A stretch of 64,000 nucleotides of DNA, from NCBI GenBank assembly GCA_013239625.1, contig MU054466.1, positions 620,001-684,000 of the forward strand, in the 5' to 3' direction. The DNA is from Lama guanicoe. Taxonomy: Eukaryota. Below, piece after piece: positions 35,001-47,904 of the stretch. Under the pieces are notes generated by a model. The model saw nothing but the letters and a program-made list of their open reading frames with translations, did no database searches and was not told where the DNA came from. Positions within the stretch are counted from its first letter, which is position 1. Each line of letters starts with the position of its first letter. The translations under genes and the position numbers were made by a program.

Positions 35001-35754
35001 GCCTTTTCCCTGCTGCCCCTCACCCCCTGACACTAAGAGGAAGGGGACAGTCCTCTCTGCCAATCTGTTTTGCTCTGACACCTTTTCAAAACATAGTGCA
35101 CACAGGCTGGGAGCCTCTGCAGACAACAGAAGACGCTTCTGGAAGCTGAGGGGATTGGCCACACAGGCTGGGAACACGTAGGGGGCGCTGCCAGCGTCAA
35201 TGTCCCCATGGTGGACGGGTGTGGGGGAGGGCACCTTGGTTTTAGGGAAGAGACTAGGGCCAGTTCGGATCCCGGCGTCCCCCACCCTCCTCCTCCTAAG
35301 TTCTCCCGGAGTCAGGGTTACCATCCCGATTTTCCGGTGTGGGGGTGAAACTGCAGGGAAAAAGCCACACAGGGCTTCTCTCCCCACCCACAGGCACGTG
35401 CGCGTTTTACCCAAGCATGGATGGGCACGTGCACCCTGTCTTGGCCCCTGCTGTCCTGCGCGGGGGGCCAGCGACTGCCCGGCCCTGCTCTGGGGGGAAG
35501 AGGGATGGAGGGGTGGACATGCAGACTCAGGACCTTGGGGTCCCACTGGGAAGGTGGCCTGTGTGGAGCAGGCGGGGGCTGCGGCAAGGACTGGCGGGAC
35601 AGACTGCTGTGCTGGTCAGGGCCAAACGTCATGGACCGTGTGGGACAGAGATGCGCTGGAGGCCCAGGGGGCCTCCTGGGAAGAAGAGGGGTGGTGGTGT
35701 GTGAGAAGAACTGGGGGACACGGTCAGGATGGTGGGCCTGGGTGGAGCCGCCGT

Positions 35755-35900
35755 TCTCCACCAGGCTGCACGTCAGAATCACCTGGGGGTCTGAAGGACA
35801 TGAGGCCGTGACCCTCCAGTGCCAGCTGTGGATCAGAACCGGGTTGGGGAGGGCCTGGGCACTGGCCGATGTCTGGGCTGCCTGGGGGGGAGCAGGCTGG
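35755..35900. mobile_element. Possible MER5-type (hAT-Charlie) remnant
   Basis: ggctgcacgtcagaatcacctgggg resembles the MER5A 5' motif. Confidence 0.4.
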
Positions 35901-38900
35901 GGGGTGCTCCAGGAGGGGCAGGGAGCAGAGAAGGCACCTGGGGCAGTAAAGAGGGGAGCACGGTGGCTGGAGCCTGTGCTGAGCACCGGGAACCTCAGGG
36001 ACAGTGGAATGACAAGGGTGATGGGCGGGAGCCGACCTCAAGTGCGGGGGGTGGGGGGCTTGGGTTAGACAGACCTGGAGGGGAAGGAAAGCGGGGCTGG
36101 AGGCTCATGGCTGACCTGCGGGTGGGGGCTGGGCAGGGCAGCTGACCAGCGTCTCCTGGAGGAGGACCGTCTCTCACGGAGGGACTGGATGTGGGGACAG
36201 GTTCATTCGAAGCAGGAGCCAGACAACAGGTTCCACAGGGACAGAGGGAAGGAAGGGGCCGGAGCCGGGGAGGGCACCTAGCCCCGCCCGTCGGTGCTCG
36301 AGTCCGCCACCAAGAGTCGAGAGTCGCTGGGGACCCTCTGGCTCCACCCCAGCAGGTGGCCAGGAGCTGAAGGATGGAGCAGGTGGCGGGAAATGGAGAC
36401 AGACCAGAACACACATTCCGATCAGTGGGCCCAACTGGGATGTGATTCCTTGAAGGCCAGCTGTGAGCGTGCGTGAGTGGGAGCAGGTGTGAGCATGAAG
36501 ACCTGCCCAGGGTGCGAGCTCATGTGAGCCGGGTGTGACCCACACTGCGGGCTCCTATGAGCTAGGCCGGTGAATGTGCGGGCTGGGCCGTGGGGACGTC
36601 AGGGTCTGCAGGGTAGGCCTAAACCTCTGTCCACAACAGGGACACAGACTGGGCCAGGTGGGTACCAGCCTGACAGTGCAGCCCTGGGCTCTGCTCCGTG
36701 GGTCTTTTGTCCAGCGGTCCCCAATCTGCCTTCCTTTCACCTCGAACCAGCTGTGCTCCCAGCACGCCTGCCTCAAGGGTAGGGGTGCCCTGCCTGGCCT
36801 GGCTCTGGGATTTGGGGGCCGTGGTCCCCTCCCCAGAGATGCCCATGGAAGTCCCAGGGAAGGAGGGCCCTGGCTTCCCGGAAGGAGGAGCAAAGGGATC
36901 CAGCCAAGACCGCCTTTTCCCAAGAAGACAGCAGAAGTCCTTACTAGTCCTTACTCAGTGTGGCTGCGGCTTCCACCTGGCGGGGGGCCCCAAGAAGGCA
37001 CACCCAACCTCTGCCCCTCCTCTGAGTTCTGGTAATTTCTAGTGAAAACCAAGTTCCTGCACTGAGGTTGGAGAGGGGCTGCTTCAACTCTCCTTCCACT
37101 TTCAGGCACACAGTCACCCCCATCCCGCCCCCATCAGCCTCAAAAGTCTTTGGATCTAAAGACACTGAACTCATTTTTGGGGGGGCTGGGGGAGGGGAGA
37201 GGGGGCAGGGAACCCAACCCACCTGTTCATTCCTCCTCCTCTTCCCCTAACCGAGGTCAGAATGTGAAAAAAAAAAAGCTTCCTGGCTGATCCAATCTGG
37301 AACCTAATCGTCTAGACAGCTGCAGCAGCCCTGAGATGCCAGCCCGGCTGGCTCCCGGCTTGGGCACTGGACACCGCCCCCCCAGGCCCGCGACTGCTGC
37401 AAACCCACGCCGACCACATAAGCGGGGCCCAGGCAATCCCCAACCCGGCACCCCCTCTAAGCCCACGCCCAGTTCCCACCAACTAGTCCCCGTCCTCCAG
37501 TGGCAGCTGCTCGCAGGGCCACAGGAGGCAGTAATATTATATATTACAACAAACAGGGGCAGCCCACTGACAAATAGGCCTGCGTGATCTAAACGGTATA
37601 TTATCCCATAAAAACGTCAGCGGGCAGGGAGTCAAAGCCGAGGCCGAGCCGCGGCCGTGGAGCGCGGGCTCCAAGCCCGTACCTTCCTCGGTGCAGCCCG
37701 GGGCTGCGGCGGAGGGGGGCGGCTAGACCGTGCATGCTCCTTGTGATTTTGTTGGCTGCTTGTAATCCTGCATCTTAGGTGGGAGACAGGAGGCCCCAGA
37801 GGTTAACGGGGACCCGGGAACCCCAGGGAGCCAATCCCCAGCGGATGAGGGAGGTGGGATCCACGCATTGCAAGTCACCTAGCAAGTCACCTACGGCCAG
37901 ACAGGGCGCATGATCTGCATCCCGAAGCCCTGAAGTCCAGCTGTGGCTCGAGGCCTCAAGAAGACCTCCGAGCAGGGTCTTTTCCAAGGGCTGTCCTGGG
38001 AGGCCACCCCTCCAAGAGGCTGCCAGCAGCAGCCTGTGTGGGAACTTCTCTGGCTGGGTGATGACGGGCCAGGCTGCCGTCAGAGGGGCCTCAGGCAGCA
38101 CCTCTGTTCTGGGGGGATGTTCTCTACTGACCAGAAGTCACCCAGGGTGGCTGCTGGTTGACAGGGCATCTACAGGGCTGCTGCTGTCAGATGTGAGGCT
38201 GAGGAGTGGGGCGCCACCCCAAAGGCTGTGCAGGATTTCCTCCTGGGCTCCACCCCCAGGCAGACAGCCCTGATGCCACCCCAGTGGAGTCCCGCGTGAC
38301 CAGTGTTACCAGGGCCCCTATGAGAAGGCCACATGCAATGGGCTGTGATTAGGGCGTCTGGTGGGAATCCCCCTGGGGCTCTGGCCACATCAGTCAAGGC
38401 AGCTGCCCGCTGCAGAGGGTCCCAGGGCCAAGGGGCCTCTCCCATCTGTTGGGGCCTATATTCAGATATTTATGGTAGGGAGGAAGCCAGGCGGGGCCCA
38501 GAGGCCTCCTTCAGGAGGAAGGGCAAGGGGGCACTGGGGGTGGCGACCAAAGACCCATTCCGCCCCAGAAAGCACTCATTCCCAGTGGCACTGGCTGAAC
38601 TCTAGCTGTGCTTGGGAATTTCCAGCTCAGGGCCAGTCCCAGGCTCAGACCGGGGAGCCAGACCAGGGCATTCTGGGAAGTGTAGTCCTCTGGGAGTCAG
38701 GAGAGCCCGCTGGGATTTCCGGGTAGAGGGGGAAGGGGGGGAGGGGGCTTTCCATCAAGAGCAAGCAAGGAAGAGGAGAGAGCAAAGGACCCTCATTTCA
38801 GGGTGGAAGTTTGACATTCCTGGGAAATGGCTGAACTCAGACATCTGCTCCCTGAAAAGACACCAGCCAATGGTGCGATTCCAGCCTCAGATCACACTGT

Positions 38901-39493
38901 GGTGGTTTTTCTGAGCAACCCGTCTGGTGCTTTTATTATGGTAGGGAGATCTGGGAACTCCCCAGAGAGCAAAGACCCTGCCCGAAGTGCCCCCCCACTG
39001 CTGTCCTCCTCTGGCAGCTGCCCCCAGACACCAGGAGAGAGGGGGGTGCTGCCTGCTGGGCTCCTAGAGAGGCTGCCGCCTATCCCGCACGCTCTCCAAT
39101 GTTATTTATGCTCACAGCCCGCGCTGATGACATATGTAAGTTGACAGCGAACATCCTATCAACTTGCTGGAGTGTATCTTGATTGTTAAAACACAGTCTT
39201 AAAGGTGTACGATCATTTATCAAATTAAAATAGTGGCGCCTTACCTGTCCCTTTTCTGCCTTCCCTGACCACTCCCCTGCGGCCTCTCTCCTCCCCTGGC
39301 CTCCTGGGCATCCCGGCCTGGCACCCCAGGCCCTGCTCCTGGGGGAGGGGGGACGGTGGGGGAGCACTGCCCCTGCTTCCAGGGACCCAGGGCTTGGCAC
39401 CCCCTCCCTACCCCGCCCCAGGCCAAGGCAAGCCCACTAATCGCCAAGAAGTGACAAATGCCAGAAGCCCCACCAATTAAATCTAAACTCAAG

Positions 39494-39706
39494 NNNNNNN
39501 NNNNNNNNNNNNNNNNNNNNNNNNNNNNNNNNNNNNNNNNNNNNNNNNNNNNNNNNNNNNNNNNNNNNNNNNNNNNNNNNNNNNNNNNNNNNNNNNNNNN
39601 NNNNNNNNNNNNNNNNNNNNNNNNNNNNNNNNNNNNNNNNNNNNNNNNNNNNNNNNNNNNNNNNNNNNNNNNNNNNNNNNNNNNNNNNNNNNNNNNNNNN
39701 NNNNNN
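39494..39706. other. Assembly gap
   Basis: N run. Confidence 1.
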
Positions 39707-42700
39707 TTCTAACAGCCTCCTATGCGCTTTGTCCTGTCTGTGCGGGCTGTTGAACCCAGTCTCGCGGCAGAGGAGGCAGATTTCTAAGAATAAACGGGAG
39801 CGTTTGGGGGTGATGAGGGAGGGCAAGGCCGCTCCCTGCCTCACTGGCTAATTTGCCTGAGTGCTCACGTGACCTGGATATTCCTATAGGAATATCCTGG
39901 TAGGAATAATCAGACACGGGGCAGCACAAGCCCCACTGAGAAAAAACCCACATTCCAAAAATGGCTTCACCGGGCAGGCGAGGCGGCCGCAGCCGAGCCG
40001 GTCCCCAGGCCCTGGATTCCGGGCTCTGCAGGGCGGCTGCTGCTTTGATGTCTGCTTCTGTCACGTACAGCGCAGGATGGGTAGTCTTCGGAAAGTAACT
40101 CTTTTCACACCTACTTAATGTTGGTAACTGTTGCAGAAACACTCCATCCTGTCATTGAGTTAATGAGGTATTTACGAAAATGTATTTTTTTCCCTTTACA
40201 AAAAGATATCATTTGAGGAGGGAGGGGGAACCTTTGATGGAGTCTTTTCACACCAGGAAATTATCTTTTTTCCTCTACTGCGTTTTTCTTTTCTTTTTCT
40301 TTTTCTTTTTTCCTCCCTTTTGAGATTGGCGATCAGAAGCGCTTTTGGTCCTCCCACCAGAGGGAAACTGCTGCCCTGTACTCCCAAGAACAGCAGGCCC
40401 AGGGCACCCGACTTCCAGGCAGGGCGTTTACACCCCAAAGAAGACGGGAGAAGGGGGGAGAGGAGAACCCACCCGCGGTCTGAGTGCCGAAGCCAAGCGT
40501 CCTCCGCCTCTCTTGGATGGAGGTGATTCTTGAAGGCTCGCCCTGGCGGGGGTGGGGGGGTACATATAGAGAGGGATGCACGAGGGGGCGGGGACCCGGC
40601 TCCTCCCGGCCTGGCTGCCTCCTTACTAAGGAGCTCGCTCGGAGGACAGGAGCCATCCCCAGTTGCTCCCGGCAGTAGTGCTGGTGAAAAATCTTGGGCT
40701 GGTGCGTTGTTGATTCCCCCCCTCCCCAGATTTCACAGCTTTGCCTCCAGACCATCTGTATTAGAGACAAAATCTAACACTGCACTAAAAATAATGATTC
40801 CAAACATTTTAATTGCACCTTTCGGTGACAAGGTTACTGGAGCAGCACTTCACCATAAAACCCTACAGCCCAGTGATAAAGCCACCAGCACTTTCATTTT
40901 AGAAAAACAATGGAAGGCAGCCTGGAGCCCAGCGTCCCATCAGGGTCCCTCAAGCTGACATTCTGAAAGTGCTGGGTGGGGACGAGGGAGGAGAGGAACA
41001 GGCGGCAGGCAGGGAGGGAGAACCTTGGCCCAGGCCAGGTGGCCATGCCGGGGACCAGCAATACTCAGACGCCAGAGACTCCATCGCGGGTGGCTGAATC
41101 CTGCTCCCCTGTGGGAGCCGGACAAGTAGGAAGAAGCTCGGAGTAATTTTCCTTTCAGCAGGGCCGTCGGTTCAGGGAGGGGCGGGCTGGGTTGCTGCAG
41201 CCGTGGCCTGTGGACCCGAAGCCATCCGCGGAAATGGGAAGAAAGTCCGCCAAACTGGCCATTTGGAAATCCACACACAAGATGCAAAAAATTTTTTTAA
41301 CTTAATTATACTTTTTTCTTTCTAAACCAGATCATATATAGATACAGACCAAAGCAAAGTGGTCTGGGGTATCATTCCTTTTAAAAAAAATTGATGTAGC
41401 TAAATTTTAAAAAGCAATACAAGATTCTGGCTTTCAGCAATTTCAAAAGGCTTTCAGCGGCAGATGTTTCGAACTGGATGCCCTCTAGGCCAGCCTTCTC
41501 ATTGCAAATGGGCTGAACATCTCCAAACACAATAGGTCTCTCTGGTCTCCCAGGGGGGTGAAAACAGGCTCCAGGAGCAGGCGACACGTGGCCCTCCAGT
41601 CCCCTCTCTGAGGGTGCCCTGGGGACCTCCAGCGCCCTCTAGAGCACCCTGCATGTGGGGAGGAGGGGGGTAGGGTCTGGGTCAAGGACACAGACCCAAC
41701 CAGCACCCACCCAATTTCTCCAAACCCTCTGTGGCCTACCATCCAAGAACCACGTGGTCAAAGCTGGAATGAGCAAGACAATGGTTCGGGCCCCCAAGGC
41801 CACGTTCCCACCTGACTCGGTGGTGCCTGCTTCTGGAAACAGCAGCAGAAAGGGGAAATGGCGGCTGACCAGGGCCTGGCCAGAGCTGTGGGCTGCTGAA
41901 TGGGGATGGGGGGAGGCAGCAGTGACCTGAACTGATGGGGAATCCGGCCTGGCCAGCGGGGACGGCCCCAGCCTGTCTGTGTACTACTGGGAACCCCTTG
42001 CGTCGGCTAAGAGGCTAGAGGGCATGGCATGGGGGGTGGGGTAGGATGCAATGGCTCCCCCCTCCCCCCCCCCCCGCAACCTGCAGGCTCGACCCCCCCA
42101 CGCTCTGCAGGCAGCACCAGCCTGCAGCCGGAAGGGACTGGAAGAGCAACTGTGCCACTGTCCCTGCTGCCACCACCTGCCCCAGATCGCAGCCCCCCAG
42201 TATGGGCCAAGCCGGGCAGGCAGCATCGCCACTGCAGGGGCAGGAGAGGCAGCCACAGGGACAGCCAGGACAGAGGTTTTAGAATCAGCGATTGCCCAGG
42301 CAAGTTCCTTTGCTCTTTTGGGTTATAAATCTGGAGGAGAGAAAGGAAGAGGGAGCGGATTAGAAGGAAGAGCAGAACAGGCTCCCGCGGAGCGGGAGGC
42401 GCGGCCACAGGGCTGATTCCGCGAGAGCGCCGAGCCCGGCCCCATCGCTGCCAGCTCGCCCTAACTTTTTGAATCTCCTCGCGTTGTGAATGCTAAAAGC
42501 CCATTCGTGACTAAGCAATTTCTTGTATTTTTTTCTTTTTAGGAAATTTAAGTTTTTCTCTCTGACTGCCCTTCCTTCTGACACCTTTCCTTCTAGCCTG
42601 ACTCTGCCATCCGTTTCAATCCACGCACTAATTGTAATCCCATTAAAGCAGATATAATTTTATTAGTATTCACAGTTCATCAAGCTAGCAATAATAACTG

Positions 42701-43486
42701 TTACTGCCAAATTAACAACAACAACAAAAGTGGCAAACAACATCTCTGATGTTTAGAGCAAACTGTAAACAAAAAGCAAGCCAACCTTCCAGGGTGACCG
42801 GCGGGTCCCCACACGCGCAGCCCCTCCAGCTCCTGCAAGCTCAGTTGGCACTGCCCAGTGACCTCCAGGGTCTCCGCGAGGCAGCGGCCCCTTCGCCACC
42901 CTCTGCCTGGCCCGGCTTCTCCTCTGACCTTGCTCAACAGTAATATCGAAGCCACCCGAAAGGGGGACTACTCTGGAGACCTGGATCAGCTCTGCCAAAG
43001 AACGATTCTCTCGGAGAGGATGGGAGAAGACCGGAGTGCAGGGCGGCCCGGCTCTCTCCGGTTGGAGCAAATTTGCGGCGAACTCGCCTGCACCGAAATC
43101 CGGAGGCGGCCCCCGCGCCGCCCCCAGCCGAGCCGGCGCCGGCGCTGTCCTCCCCCAGGCTGGGCCGCGCTCTGGCCACGCTTTGTCCGGCTTTAGCAGG
43201 ATACCAGAGGCACTTGTTAAAGCAAATGCATCCCCTGCAAACCCATTCTCGCCCTGACACTTCAAGGCTTTATATAGAAACAGGATTTGCCCGTCTTACA
43301 CCGGCAGTCCCTATTAACGCTCACCCTGCGCACACACCGCCCTAATCCGCGAGGCCGCGGCATCCCACCCCCACCCCCAGTCACAACAGCCGTTTTGTTC
43401 CCGCAGAAAGTGCCTCGTTGTCCCAGCCTCGGAATGTCTTAAGGATGTGAATGCAGAATGCAGAAATGAGGTTTCCGCGGAATTTA

Positions 43487-43993
<507 letters not shown>

Positions 43994-44012
43994 NNNNNNN
44001 NNNNNNNNNNNN
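43994..44012. other. Assembly gap
   Basis: N run within the 5' UTR. Confidence 1.
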
Positions 44013-44036
44013 CGGCGGCGGCGGCGGCGGCGGCGG
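44013..44036. repeat. (CGG)8 / (CCG)8 trinucleotide repeat in the BAHCC1 5' UTR, truncated by a gap
   Basis: cggcggcggcggcggcggcggcgg read directly; abuts the N run 43994-44012. Confidence 0.9.
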
Positions 44037-44045
44037 ATGGGCCGG

Positions 44046-44117
44046 TCAGCACGCCGGCGGGCTGGGCTCCTCGGCGGGCGGCCGCGTGCCGAGCCGGCGG
44101 CCGCCGTGCGGGTCCAT
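44046..44117 (-). CDS. Upstream ORF in the BAHCC1 5' UTR, 23 aa MDPHGGRRLGTRPPAEEPSPPAC*
   Basis: ACT-ATG-G (A at -3, G at +4), 3 nt after the acceptor; TGA at 44048-44046; translation not demonstrated. Confidence 0.55.
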   Translation of the reverse strand: MDPHGGRRLGTRPPAEEPSPPAC

Positions 44118-44422
44118 AGTCTGCGGAGGCAAGCAGAGGAGACTCGGTGACTCGGGGGCTCGGCTCGCCCGGGGTTCCACGCCCCGCCGCCCCCTCCTCC
44201 ACGCCCTCCGGCCCGAGCCTTGGCCAGGCCAGGCGGCCGATCCGGAGCGCCCGGCGCGTCTCCCGATGCACGCGCGCGCGCCGGCCACCTGGGCCTCCTG
44301 GTTCCCCGCGGGCACACGCACCGTCCCGGCCACGCTCGGACCGCAGCAGCCTGGGGGAACCCGGCCTTACTGCTCGCCGCTCCCCCTTCGTGGGTCCCTG
44401 CGGCGAGGGCGCCGCAGCGAAA

Positions 44423-44558
44423 NNNNNNNNNNNNNNNNNNNNNNNNNNNNNNNNNNNNNNNNNNNNNNNNNNNNNNNNNNNNNNNNNNNNNNNNNNNNNN
44501 NNNNNNNNNNNNNNNNNNNNNNNNNNNNNNNNNNNNNNNNNNNNNNNNNNNNNNNNNN
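44423..44558. other. Assembly gap
   Basis: N run. Confidence 1.
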
Positions 44559-45859
44559 CTGGGGTCCACGCTAGCTCTTTTCCTCTCCCCCTATTCCGAG
44601 GTCCAGCTTTTACTGCATTCCGCTTAACCGAATAACCATGCTAATTAAGCGAGTAATTTTATTGATTGTAACTCAAGAGTATTTTTTATAACCTTCCTTT
44701 TCTCCCCTCTCCCATCCCCCTATGCGTCTTTCGGTCCATTCTTTTGAACCCGCCGCCCCCCCAGCCCTAACGGGACCAGGCACCCACCCCGCAGCGCTGA
44801 GCCAGGACCCTGGGCCAGCTCCCCAGAGCCCCGGGGGTCTGCGTCCACCGCCGGCGTCACCTAGGCCGCCACGCCGCAGTGCCCGGCCTGCCGTCCCGGA
44901 GCCGGGAGCTTTCTGGCGAGGCTCGAACAATCACCCCGCCCCCCAGTCAAATTTGCCCAGGATCTTCCTCTGCGGATTGGGGGCTTGGGGGGGGGGCTTT
45001 GAGAGTCAGAAATTGTTCTCTCAACGCCCCAAATTAGCCATGGGATTTCTCCCTTCATCGCCTGCTGGGGTCGCCGAGCCAAGGCCGGTCTCTGCGCGCC
45101 CAGGCGGCCGCGGGACGCGGGGTCTACAGCGCCGGGCTCGGCCCTGGGGCGGCGAACAGTCGACCGGGCCCCGCGTAAGCAACCTTCACCGCTGCCCGGG
45201 TCCCAGCTGACCTCCGGCCTCCGTTGTCCACCTCCACCTCCCGGCTGGGCCACTTAAAAATGCCCCCCACCTCCCTTCTTTTCCACCCCCACGCAACGCG
45301 GAGAGTCCACTCCGAAGCGAAATCGGGGACAATTTCAGACGCTGAGTGCAGAGCGAGGGAGCGATCGACATAAACTGCAAGGCTGTGCGCCTTAGTGGCC
45401 TTCTTTCATTTTGCACATTTCTCCTCATTTCCTAAATCTGCATTGTTTTCATGTCTGATATCACCTCTAACAAAAGGGGAGATGGGTAGGCTCAAGATAC
45501 TTAACTGTGAACTTTGCAGAAAGCCTCTCGAATTTTTTTACTCGTCCCACCGTGACAACAAAGCGATTAAGATGTTTTCCATTTTGTGAATACTATTTTA
45601 AATTGCTATATTTAATGCTACGGGTTCTACACGTCTTATTTGCAGACTATTTTGTGTTTGATTTAATCTATAACCGAAAACATAATGTATTAAGTGAACA
45701 CATATTTGCTCAGCTGATAAGCTTTTTAATATTTATTCGGAGAGCCTTTGCACTGTAAACAAACGGGACCCACACAAAGAGTTCTCTTTGTCTCTCAACT
45801 TCATACAAAGGGGTTTGGGGCTTCCTCCCCTCTGGGGATCGCCAGCTCTATCCCCCGGT

Positions 45860-47660
45860 CTAACAAATAACTCGGCTCGCCGCCTCTCGGGCCTGCAGAG
45901 CGAGCGCCAGGCCGCCTGGGCAGGAGGAGCGCCGGGCGACGGGGCTGCAGGAGCCGGGGTCGGGAGGGAGGGGCTGCCCAGGCCAGGCTAGGGCCCGGCG
46001 GGCAGCAGCGAGGCGGGAGCCCTGGGGGCGCGGGGCTGGACAAAGGGAAAGATGCAGGGCAGAGTGGTCGGGAACCTGTGGCTTCAAAGGCGTGGGAGCC
46101 GGGGTCTGCGCTCGGAGGGGTGTGGGGCTTCCAGGTGGCCTCTGGGGAGCTGTGTCTGCTATGCTTTTGTTTTGTGGGGTTTCTTTTTTCCAATAAGAAA
46201 TTCGAAAATTGTCGAGAAAGCGCGAGCTACTCTCGATTCTCGGGACGCGGGCTCGGCTCCCGCCAGTAATTTTAATCTTCATCTTGTGCGGGGTGGATTG
46301 ATCCTTTCCCAGCAGCCCGCTAGACTCTGTACGCAGAAGGGGGTGGGTTATGGTCGCCAGTCTGTGCTGTGGCGATTCTTACCCGGTCAGAGGGGGGTTT
46401 TCTTTGTGTTCTTTGCTCCCGGGGAAAGGCCGCACTGCGCCTCCTTGTCGGCCAGAGAGCGGCTCCCGGGGCCTGCGGAAGGCGAGCCAGGCAGGGAGCC
46501 GGGAGGGGACGCGCGGCCGCCGTGGCCTGGGCCGGGAGTCCCGGAGCCCAGGCGCCGCCACCAACGAGTCCCAGGGCCCCGAGCCCCCTCCCCCTGCCAC
46601 CTCCCAGCGCCAGGAGAGGCCGCAGCAGAGGAAAGCTCCATGGCCCCGGGTCGGGCCGTACTAAGAGGAAACGAGCGAAAGCGGCGGCGGGCGGCGGGCT
46701 CTGCGCCCGCAGGAAAATCGCTGGCAAGGGCATTTTGGAAAGAGCCGAATTCCGGAACGCCGGGCTCCCCCCAGGACCCCGCAGCCCGGTCCCCGGAGTT
46801 GCCCGTCCGTCTGCGCGTGGCTCGCGCGCTCCAGCATGTGGAACTCCTTCAGGTTTGCTTCGGTTTTGACTTAGGCACCTGAAAGCCTGCCCTTGCTTCG
46901 GCCTCCCGACTACCCTGGCGCCGCCTCGGGCGCACTGGCGCCGTGGGGCCTGCAGGCTGGGCTGAGGCGCGGCGCACTCGGGGCGCGAGCTGCTCGGGCG
47001 CCGCCGCAGAACCCGCTCCCTACGAAACGGTCGTGCCCGACCCCCCACCCCCGAGAGGACCGAGGCCCGGGGCCGCGCCGGACCCCCACGCCCCAGGGCG
47101 CACCCACCCGCAGACCCCGCCCTGCCGATGGTGGCAGGAGCCCCGCGCGCCACCCGGAACGCGCGCGGTGAGAAAGCCCGGCTGCGCTGGCCCCCTCCTC
47201 CACCCTCACCGCCCTGGAAAAAAAAATTCTGAAATGTTCTAAAGTGAATTAGGCTCTGGAAAGCGAACCCCCAAAACCGTAGCCATTATCCCTCTCCGCC
47301 TGGCTCCTCGCCCCGCACGCGGCCAGCGGCCTGAAAGCTCCTCTGGTAGGGGGCCGGGCCGCCTTGGCCAGCATGAGCCGGCCGGTTCCCCGAGCCGCAA
47401 CCGGGCGGGGCTGACCAGAGGCTGCTCGGGGAGGGGAGCAAGGTGGGGAGGCAAACAATTGGGGTTCGTTCGTGGTGCCGCCAAAGCCGTGCGCACATTG
47501 GCAGCGTCGGGGACCTCGCCGACTGTCCGCCAGAGCCGCCCGCGAGCCTCGCGCCGGACGCAGCCTGGCGGTCCCTGTCCTATCGCGATTATTTATTTTT
47601 AATGCTGGGTGTCGATCGAGAGAACAAGCGCTCAGAGCAAAGCAAGGACGCATTACGGGG
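45860..47660. promoter_or_regulatory. CpG island in the 5' UTR intron
   Basis: Dense CpG (cgcg, ggcgg runs); boundaries approximate. Confidence 0.75.
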
Positions 47661-47904
47661 GAAATTTTAAACCGATCGATACGATTTTTCAGAGGAAAAA
47701 AAATCGTTCTTATATATAGTCCATCTTTTTAAAAAAAGCTTGCTCGACATTATAACGGATTTCTTAAAAGGGAAAATATATATATTTCTTAACATCGCAA
47801 CCCTGAATTTCTCTTGCTTAAAAAAATGTAAATCCCCAAAGCCAAAATAAAAAATAAAATAATAAAAATACAAAAAAAAATTGAAAGCAATTTCAGTTAC
47901 TTAC

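Noticed and set aside
37870-37893. 12-bp direct duplication gcaagtcaccta x2
   Set aside because: No insert between the copies, so not a target-site duplication; likely neutral
42994-43021. Sequence resembling the arms of human MIR4740 (from recall) at about the expected position
   Set aside because: Only a short imperfect palindrome (ttctctcggagagga) is present, with no pre-miRNA-length hairpin; needs a miRBase alignment
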